Source: Candidatus Babelota bacterium
Lineage (GTDB): Bacteria > Babelota > Babeliae > Babelales > Vermiphilaceae
Assembly (NCBI GenBank): GCA_039809905.1
Contig: JBDHVY010000001.1
Location: forward strand, 1-32,000
Direction: 5' to 3'
Length of the DNA stretch: 32,000 bases
Part shown: positions 25,528 to 32,000 of the stretch, one piece after another
Numbering within the stretch: position 1 is the stretch's first letter
Layout: every line of letters starts with the position of its first letter
Position numbers and translations under genes: made by a program
Notes under the pieces: generated by a model
Told to the model about the DNA's origin: nothing
Seen by the model: the letters and a program-made list of their open reading frames with translations, nothing else
The model's database searches: none

Positions 25528-25664
25528 AACATCTCCCATTATTTTTATTACATCCTCAAGTATATAATAAAAACAAATATGAGCTCAATAAACTATTGTT
25601 ATTTATTTTTGGCCAAAAATACAATTATGATATATCACGATATGCTATAATCCAAACAAAAAAC

Positions 25665-25690
25665 CCTTTTATCGTTGTATAGATAAAAGG
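25665..25690 (-). terminator. Intrinsic terminator of the 25716..26303 gene
   Basis: CCTTTTATC / GATAAAAGG stem; on the minus strand followed by GTTTTTTG. Confidence 0.65.
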
Positions 25691-25715
25691 ATTTTATAAA
25701 AAATTTAAGTCTAAA

Positions 25716-26303
25716 TTATGAGTTCGCTGCTTTCATTTGCTCTTGTTTTTTAAATGCTCTTACTTTTCTATTAAAAGCAAGCCCTTCTTCTCGCTTAAGC
25801 AATAGGCATTCTCCACTGACAGCATTGTTATAAAGATTGGTCATTGTACCTTTTAGCTTTACTATTGCATCACGCTGAAATGAAGTTATTTTACCTAATG
25901 CAACTTTATAATCTAATTTTGCATCAGTATTTTTCGTCATAAAACTACGAAAAACTTTAACTGTATTCACTATACATGGATTAGCAAAAGAATTAACTAA
26001 AAAACCAAGATATCCTGAATGCCCCAAAGCATCAATATCACAGTCGTTAAGTTTTGCTCCTTCAGAACGAAGCATATTGATATGTAATCCTGGTGCTTTA
26101 TCTATAATCGCATCATAGAGCACTGTATGGCCATCTTCATCTATGTCATTAATCCTACTCGTATCTTTTGGAGAGCGTTTTGGGCCGAAAGGTTTTATTT
26201 TTATTGCCTTAGTAATGAGCCGAGCAGGATTCATACCATGCACTAAAGCCATATTACCGAATAAAGCAACAATAATTGCTAATAATATTTTAATTTTTTT
26301 CAT
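25716..26303 (-). CDS. Secreted ankyrin-like protein
   Basis: AGGAGG Shine-Dalgarno before ATG at 26303; MKKIKILLAIIVALFGNMALVHG; DEDGHTVLYDAIIDKAPGLHINMLRSEGAKLNDCDIDALGHSGYLGFLVNS resembles ankyrin units. Confidence 0.6.
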   Translation of the reverse strand: MKKIKILLAIIVALFGNMALVHGMNPARLITKAIKIKPFGPKRSPKDTSRINDIDEDGHTVLYDAIIDKAPGLHINMLRSEGAKLNDCDIDALGHSGYLGFLVNSFANPCIVNTVKVFRSFMTKNTDAKLDYKVALGKITSFQRDAIVKLKGTMTNLYNNAVSGECLLLKREEGLAFNRKVRAFKKQEQMKAANS

Positions 26304-26442
26304 AATGCCTCCTAAAAATTGCCTATTATTCATATTTAATTATGCGAGAATATTTGCAATTTGTCAAATGCGGCTATTTTGATGCTTTATAGCATTATTC
26401 CCGCGCTAATTGCTCGTTTTTCTTGATCTGCTCAAGCTGAGC

Positions 26443-27369
26443 TTAGACATCCAACAAATTACTCATTTTTCTTTCAGGAGAAGCTTCCAATCGCTTAATT
26501 CGCTCAATATCTCCTAAATAAAGCTGGGTAGTAGTAGGAGCAGTGTGACGCATGGCAAGTTGTACTTCATAAAGCGAAGCCCCTGCTTGCATAGAAAGAA
26601 CACCAAAAGTGTGCCGAAGACTGTGGGCAGTAATACGCTTACTATCAAATCCTGCCGCACGCAAACGACTTTTAATAATGCGAGAAAGAGAATATATCGT
26701 TAAACGCTTACCATAATTACGATCACTTAAAGAAATAAAGAGCGGTTCTCGCTCACTTTTTACCACTCGCATTTGAAGATATTCATATAACGAGGTAAGT
26801 GTTTGTGGAGTTAGCAATACAAATTCATCTTTACTTGATCGCCCTTTTCCGTGAATCCATAATAACATTTCACCTCGCTGCTCATACATATCTTCTAATA
26901 ATGCTGATGCAACTTCTTTTAACCGCAATCCAGTACGCACCAAAATATTAATCAATGCAAAATCACGTTTACCGCACAGATCAGAACGATCAATTGAATC
27001 AAGCAATTTTTTAAGTGCATCAATTGATAACGATTCTTTTTGATGACTTTTTGAATAGCGTTTAATCCCTTTTACTCCTCGTGAAATATTAGGATACAAA
27101 TCACTTTCTTCTGTCCATAAAAAAAATCGCCGAACTACTACAATATACATTGCTTTAGTATATGAGCTGAGCTGTTTTGAATCGAGCCAGAATTTATATG
27201 ATAAAATTGTTTCTTTCTTAGGACTCAGTATTTGTTTTTCTTTGCACCAACGAGCAAATTGAACCAATGCATTGAGATACGATGAACGAGATGCAAGGGA
27301 AATATCTTGCGATGCAATAAAAGGATGGATAAATTCATCTATATTAAATGGTGTTGAAGTAGCATTCAT
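26443..27369 (-). CDS. Tyrosine recombinase, XerC/XerD type
   Basis: RTGLRLKEV, HGKGRSSKDEFV, HSLRHTFGVLSMQAGASLYEVQLAMRHTAPTTTQLYL: R-K-HxxR-H-Y catalytic set complete. AAGGAT Shine-Dalgarno and ATG at 27369 preferred over the upstream TTG. Confidence 0.9.
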   Translation of the reverse strand: MNATSTPFNIDEFIHPFIASQDISLASRSSYLNALVQFARWCKEKQILSPKKETILSYKFWLDSKQLSSYTKAMYIVVVRRFFLWTEESDLYPNISRGVKGIKRYSKSHQKESLSIDALKKLLDSIDRSDLCGKRDFALINILVRTGLRLKEVASALLEDMYEQRGEMLLWIHGKGRSSKDEFVLLTPQTLTSLYEYLQMRVVKSEREPLFISLSDRNYGKRLTIYSLSRIIKSRLRAAGFDSKRITAHSLRHTFGVLSMQAGASLYEVQLAMRHTAPTTTQLYLGDIERIKRLEASPERKMSNLLDV

Positions 27370-27410
27370 AAAAATCCTTTTTCTATACAGATATGATAAC
27401 AAAAAAAATT

Positions 27411-27445
27411 GACCTATAACAGCATTGTTATGTAATCTATAGGTC
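27411..27445. promoter_or_regulatory. Inverted repeat in the divergent promoter region of the recombinase and zinc-finger genes
   Basis: GACCTATA (27411..27418) / TATAGGTC (27438..27445), preceded by TTGACC (27409..27414). Confidence 0.4.
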
Positions 27446-27491
27446 GTTATACCAGCACTAGTAATTTTTAACCAAAAAAGAAAAACCTATA

Positions 27492-28208
27492 ATGAAAAAA
27501 ATAGTAGCATATTCTTACCTATTCTTTTTTGCATGTTCGATTCAGCAACATTTATACAGTTCCATGCAAAAACCAAAACAAAAAGATCTCATGGTGGCTC
27601 TACAGGCAATGAAACGACCAAGAACAGAATATCTTGCAACACAAAACCCAAAAAAAGAAGATCTTGTACCAGCACTGCAAGCAATGAAAAGACCAAGACC
27701 TGAGTTTGTTGTAAATGAAAAAGCACCCAAAAGACAAAAAATAACAGCCAAAACTTTTGAACATGATAAAAATAAACATATAGAAAAGAAACGATATCCA
27801 TGCAATTTATGCCCTTCATCTTTTGATCAATCAAAATCTCTTGAAATACATACGAGAATTCATACAGGAGAAAGACCCTTCTCGTGTACTGAGTGCACAG
27901 ATTCGTTTATACGCAAGGAACATCTGACAAGACATATGAATATTCATACAGGAAAAAAGCCTTATGAATGTGCAACCTGTTTCAAATCATTTGCACTAAA
28001 GCAAACTCTCAAAGAACATATAAGAATTCATACAGGAGAAAAGCCATATAAGTGTGATTTATGCCCAAGATCATTTACGAAACTATACGGTTTAAATATT
28101 CATCGTGATACCCATAACGATGAAAAAAAATTCCCCTGTAATCTGTGTGATGAAAGATTTACCACGCATGGTAGTCGATCAAAGCATATAGAAAGAAAAC
28201 ATTCTTAA
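27492..28208 (+). CDS. Signal-peptide-bearing protein with five eukaryotic-type C2H2 zinc fingers, candidate nucleomodulin effector
   Basis: MKKIVAYSYLFFFACSIQQHLYSS then YPCNLCPSSFDQSKSLEIHTRIHTGERPFSCTECTDSFIRKEHLTRHMNIHTGKKPYECATCFKSFALKQTLKEHIRIHTGEKPYKCDLCPRSFTKLYGLNIHRDTHNDEKKFPCNLCDERFTTHGSRSKHIERKH. Confidence 0.92.
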   Translation: MKKIVAYSYLFFFACSIQQHLYSSMQKPKQKDLMVALQAMKRPRTEYLATQNPKKEDLVPALQAMKRPRPEFVVNEKAPKRQKITAKTFEHDKNKHIEKKRYPCNLCPSSFDQSKSLEIHTRIHTGERPFSCTECTDSFIRKEHLTRHMNIHTGKKPYECATCFKSFALKQTLKEHIRIHTGEKPYKCDLCPRSFTKLYGLNIHRDTHNDEKKFPCNLCDERFTTHGSRSKHIERKHS

Positions 28209-28211
28209 ATT

Positions 28212-29588
28212 ATGAAAACATTATATCAACACAGGCGCTTTGGTATTTGGGGATTTGGAATAGTGGGTAAAGCTGCAGCATGTTATCTGCATGAACAAGG
28301 ATATAACATAAGCATAATGGATAAGCGCACGCCAACACCAGAAGAACAACTTTTTTTACAAGAAAAAAAGATTACCTGGTACACAGAGCATGAACAAGAA
28401 TTATTTTTTAATTCTTCTGATTTCATTATTCCTTCTCCTGGTATTAACATAAGCCAAATGTGTTACGCGACACATAAAACAAAATGGATATCTGAGTTAG
28501 ATTTCTTTTATCAGAATTTTCACAAACCAATTATTGCCATTACGGGCAGCATTGGTAAAACTTCTACCACACATATCCTTGCAAATATTTTTAAAGAATT
28601 ATCCATTCCTATTGCAGTTGGTGGAAATATTGGAACACCAACTTTTGATCTTATTAATCAACAGAACAATGTTGATTACGCATTATTAGAAGTTTCAAGC
28701 TTTCAGTTAATGCATTGCACCGTTTTTGCACCAACAATTGCGATATGGACTAATTTTTATCCTAATCATCTTGATTATCACGAAACAGAAGATGAATATT
28801 TTTTGGCAAAATATAAAATTATAGAACAACAATCATCTCATACTTTTTCTTGTGTACCATTATCATTTCACAAAAGAATTCCTCACCCACCAACAAACCA
28901 TACCCGAGCATATTTCATATCTCATGAGCCAGAATTTGACCTTTCTATTTTGAATGACAATGAAGCACTGTATTACCAAAAAAATAATTTTATATGGCAA
29001 TATAGATCGGGAAATCACACTCCCCTTTTATTACTTACATCAGAAATACGCAATCTTTCTTTTATTGAAAATATAATCATAATTACTGCAATATGCGACA
29101 CAATGAATTTAGACATTGCAGCATTACAAAAAGTTGCCGTAAGCACTGCATTACCTGCTCATCGATTAGAAAACATTGGAAGTATAAATAATATAACTTT
29201 TTATAACGATTCTAAGGCAACAACTACGGCTTCCACTCTTGCTGCAGTTGAAAAATTAAAATCTTATCCTCTTCATCTTTTTCTTGGTGGATTAAGCAAA
29301 GGTGTTGATCGCGCACCTTTTATTGCTCAGTTAAAAGGCCACACAAAACATATTTATTGTTTTGGAGCAGAAGCAGAACAATTATATAGTATGTGTATAA
29401 ACAATAACATTTCTGCTATGCACTATGCTACTCTTTCTGATGCAATTGAAGCGTGTTTGATTCTTGCAGAACCTCATGATTATGTATTATTTTCACCGGC
29501 AGGAAGCAGCTATGATTTATATAAAAATTATGAAGAACGTGGCAATCATTTCAAAGAATTGATTGCCAGTCTTAGCCCCATCCTTTAA
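28212..29588 (+). CDS. murD: UDP-N-acetylmuramoylalanine--D-glutamate ligase
   Basis: FGIWGFGIVGKAAACYL, AITGSIGKTSTTHILANIF (ATP-binding), NHLDYHETEDEYFLAKYKI, FYNDSKATTTASTLAAVEKL...LFLGGLSKGVDRAPF. Confidence 0.93.
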   Translation: MKTLYQHRRFGIWGFGIVGKAAACYLHEQGYNISIMDKRTPTPEEQLFLQEKKITWYTEHEQELFFNSSDFIIPSPGINISQMCYATHKTKWISELDFFYQNFHKPIIAITGSIGKTSTTHILANIFKELSIPIAVGGNIGTPTFDLINQQNNVDYALLEVSSFQLMHCTVFAPTIAIWTNFYPNHLDYHETEDEYFLAKYKIIEQQSSHTFSCVPLSFHKRIPHPPTNHTRAYFISHEPEFDLSILNDNEALYYQKNNFIWQYRSGNHTPLLLLTSEIRNLSFIENIIIITAICDTMNLDIAALQKVAVSTALPAHRLENIGSINNITFYNDSKATTTASTLAAVEKLKSYPLHLFLGGLSKGVDRAPFIAQLKGHTKHIYCFGAEAEQLYSMCINNNISAMHYATLSDAIEACLILAEPHDYVLFSPAGSSYDLYKNYEERGNHFKELIASLSPIL

Positions 29589-29601
29589 TGGAGTGTGTTG
29601 T

Positions 29602-30714
29602 ATGTTTTCAAAAAAATTACCTTTATATGCTGATTTACGAGTCTTTCTGATAATAACGGCAACTCTTATTTTGATCGGATGTTTATTTGTATATTCTTCA
29701 AGCTCAGTCTATGCGCTTGAAACGTTTGGATCATCCTTATTTTTTGTAAAACGACAACTCGTAGGACTCGGCATTGGACTGATTGCATTGTGTATTGGAC
29801 GATCATTATCAATCAATTTTATTAAACAGTCTGCTCCATTTTTATTCTTAGGATCTCTTGCTTTAGTTGCTATGACCTTTTTTTCACCATTTTCACGCAC
29901 TATTCATGGTTCTAGCAGATGGCTTTCGTGTGCTGGTTTTTCATTTCAACCAAGTGAACTCCTTAAAATAACCTTACTTTTTTATGTCGCTTATTTTTTA
30001 GACAAAAAATCACAAAAAAAAACAATCTCTCTCAAGCACTATATTCCTTTTTGCACCTTGATCGCACTTATGTGTATAGCATTGTTAAAACAACCAGATT
30101 TTGGCATGACAATCACACTATTGCTCACGACTATCATTTTATTTTTTTGTGCACATGCAAACATCAAACATATAATTGTTACACTTATCGGACTTGCCAT
30201 GAGCGCTGCAGTACTCATTCTTTTTAGACCATATCGTTTACAACGTGTATTAACATTTTTAGACCCTTGGCAAGATCCAAAAGGTGCTGGCTTTCAAATC
30301 ATTCAATCTTTAATTGCTATTGGATCCGGTAACTGGCTTGGCACGGGCATTGCGCATTCACGTCAAAAATTCTTCTATTTACCTATGCAACATACTGATT
30401 TTATTTTCTCAATTATTGCAGAAGAAACAGGATTGATTGGATGCATATTTTTAATCACCCTTTTCATTTTATTATTATATTTTGGTATTCGTATTGCACA
30501 CCAACTTACCAACACTTTTAGTACGTTGGTTATTCTTGGGTTCATGATTCTTATTCATCTACAAACAGTAATGAATATGGCCGTTGCAACAGGGCTCGCT
30601 CCTACAAAAGGAGTTGGCATGCCATTTATTAGTTATGGAAACACATCACTTGTCTGTTATCTTTTTATGATTGGTGTTATTATAAATATGGTTCATGAAA
30701 AGAGAATTTCTTAA
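29602..30714 (+). CDS. ftsW: Cell division protein FtsW (SEDS family)
   Basis: Multi-TM; FFVKRQLVGLGIGL, SSRWLSCAGFSFQPSELLKITLL, KQPDFGMTITLL, AHSRQKFFYLPMQHTDFIFSIIAEETGLIG, TGLAPTKGVGMPFISYGNTSLVCYLFMIG; adjacent to murD. Confidence 0.93.
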   Translation: MFSKKLPLYADLRVFLIITATLILIGCLFVYSSSSVYALETFGSSLFFVKRQLVGLGIGLIALCIGRSLSINFIKQSAPFLFLGSLALVAMTFFSPFSRTIHGSSRWLSCAGFSFQPSELLKITLLFYVAYFLDKKSQKKTISLKHYIPFCTLIALMCIALLKQPDFGMTITLLLTTIILFFCAHANIKHIIVTLIGLAMSAAVLILFRPYRLQRVLTFLDPWQDPKGAGFQIIQSLIAIGSGNWLGTGIAHSRQKFFYLPMQHTDFIFSIIAEETGLIGCIFLITLFILLLYFGIRIAHQLTNTFSTLVILGFMILIHLQTVMNMAVATGLAPTKGVGMPFISYGNTSLVCYLFMIGVIINMVHEKRIS

Positions 30715-30775
30715 CTCATACATCATTTTCAAGAACTCAACAGAGTCTAGAAACAATAAAAATTTAAGGCAAAAC

Positions 30776-31549
30776 ATGGAACAAATTACTCAAAAAATTG
30801 ATGCTCAAACAGAATACATTGCACCAGAAAACAGCTTAGATCCACTTGGTGATGGTATCAGTTCAGTTGAATTAGTTCGCGTATCAGGATCTGATCTTGA
30901 TGTTGTTAATGCCGCGCGAGTTTCCTATGGTAAAGTCTCAACAGAAGTCTCTGAACGAGATAAAAAATTAATCAGTTTCTTAATGGAACATAATCATACA
31001 AGCCCATTTGAACATAATCAATTTTCATTTCGTATCAAAGCACCTATTTTTGTTGTACGCCAATGGATGCGTCATCGCATGAATTCTTATAATGAAATTA
31101 GTTACCGTTATGTAAAAGCAGCTCTTGAATTTTATGTTCCACCAAAATGGCGCTCACAAGATCTTAAAAATAAACAGGCCTCTATCGGCTCTTTTGATAA
31201 TGCTGAATTTACTGCAAAATTTAAAGAATCAATTGCTCAAAGCGTACAAACATATGAATATTTGCTTGAAAATAGTGTAGGCAGAGAAATTGCACGGAGC
31301 GTATTACCTCTGTGCACATATACAGAATTTATTTTTACCTGCAATTTACATTCACTCATGCATTTTTTAAAACTACGTTTACACGCAGGGGCACAATTTG
31401 AAATTCGGATGTACGCGCAAACATTGCTTAAACTTGCGCTACCCCATTTTCCAATTTCTTTGGGTGAATGGAAACGTATTCATGCTGCAGAATTAGAAAT
31501 TGAAGAAGATCTATTTACTAAAAACTTTACAGCAGCTGTTGAACAATAA
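30776..31549 (+). CDS. thyX: Flavin-dependent thymidylate synthase ThyX
   Basis: ThyX signature RQWMRHRMNSYNEISYRY; NHTSPFEHNQFSFRIKAPIFV; HSLMHFLKLRLHAGAQFEIR. ATG at 30776 preferred over the upstream extension overlapping ftsW. Confidence 0.95.
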   Translation: MEQITQKIDAQTEYIAPENSLDPLGDGISSVELVRVSGSDLDVVNAARVSYGKVSTEVSERDKKLISFLMEHNHTSPFEHNQFSFRIKAPIFVVRQWMRHRMNSYNEISYRYVKAALEFYVPPKWRSQDLKNKQASIGSFDNAEFTAKFKESIAQSVQTYEYLLENSVGREIARSVLPLCTYTEFIFTCNLHSLMHFLKLRLHAGAQFEIRMYAQTLLKLALPHFPISLGEWKRIHAAELEIEEDLFTKNFTAAVEQ

Positions 31550-31630
31550 AATAATTACTATTGATTTTGTTAAAAATAAAATAATAATCTGTGTTTTTGT
31601 AAGTGTTTTATTAAAACAAGGAGATTATCT

Positions 31631-32000
31631 ATGTCAGCAAAATCAACTGCAGCTACTGCCAAAAAAAAATCGAGCACAAAAAAAACTACTGCTAAGAAAA
31701 CTACTGCAAAAAAAACAGCTGTAAAAAAGAAAAGTGCTCCAAAAAAAGCTACCGCTAAAAAAGCTGTTGCTAAAAAAAAATCAGCTCCTGCAAAAAAAGC
31801 TGCTCCTAAGAAAAAAACAGTTAAAAAAGCAGTAGCAAAACGTAAGCCAGCAGCAAAAAAAGCTGCTCCTAAACGAAAAGTAGCAGCAAAAAAACCAAGT
31901 GCTGCTAAAACAACAAAAAAAAGCTCGGCTAAAAAGCCAAGTTCAGCTAAAAAATCAACACCCAAATATGGCCCAGCTGCAGGAAAAGAAGTAGAAAAAG
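31631..32000 (+). CDS. Partial CDS (3' end beyond window): histone H1-like Lys/Ala/Pro-rich DNA-binding protein
   Basis: ATG at 31631 preceded by AAGGAG: MSAKSTAATAKKKSSTKKTTAKKTTAKKTAVKKKSAPKKATAKKAVAKKKSAPAKKAAPKKKTVKKAVAKRKPAAKKAAPKRKVAAKK...STPKYGPAAGKEVEK, open to the window end. Confidence 0.85.
   Translation, partial: MSAKSTAATAKKKSSTKKTTAKKTTAKKTAVKKKSAPKKATAKKAVAKKKSAPAKKAAPKKKTVKKAVAKRKPAAKKAAPKRKVAAKKPSAAKTTKKSSAKKPSSAKKSTPKYGPAAGKEVEK

Noticed and set aside
27542-27834. ORFs 27542..27805 (-) and 27589..27834 (-)
   Set aside because: Antisense to the zinc-finger gene, which has unambiguous domain support.
31500-31965. ORFs 31500..31724 (+) and 31570..31965 (-)
   Set aside because: Out-of-frame and antisense shadows of thyX and the Lys/Ala-rich H1-like CDS starting at 31631.

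Overview
AT-rich (about one third GC) bacterial chromosomal window with housekeeping genes interspersed with many predicted secreted or host-directed proteins. The combination (ThyX, DnaB/L9, IleRS, MurD/FtsW, histone H1-like protein, F-box-like/ankyrin-like and eukaryotic-type C2H2 zinc-finger proteins with signal peptides) looks like an intracellular or protist-associated lineage such as Candidatus Dependentiae/TM6. That taxonomic call is inference only. Recognised housekeeping genes: ruvC, dnaB, rplI, argR, ileS, xerC/D-type recombinase, murD, ftsW, thyX, DUF1328. No CRISPR array, rRNA or convincing tRNA was seen. Main points for follow-up: (1) two tandem PvcA/Dit1 (isocyanide synthase)-family genes with signal-peptide-like N-termini, downstream of a divergent promoter shared with argR that carries ARG-box-like palindromes on both core promoters; (2) a recent tandem duplication (about 480 bp) that copied a small secreted-protein gene and a fragment of the ileS 3' end, leaving a decaying ileS remnant between the two copies; (3) a signal-peptide-bearing protein with five C2H2 zinc fingers, 3 bp upstream of murD; (4) tandem S74-chaperone fibre proteins with a Cys-containing 19-aa repeat; (5) a secreted protein with two HExxH motifs; (6) paired F-box-like/ankyrin-like secreted proteins; (7) a compact pseudopilin-like cluster; (8) GC-rich dispersed-repeat-like islands. 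Two real CDSs run off the window edges and are absent from the supplied ORF track (complement <1..346 and 31631..>32000).
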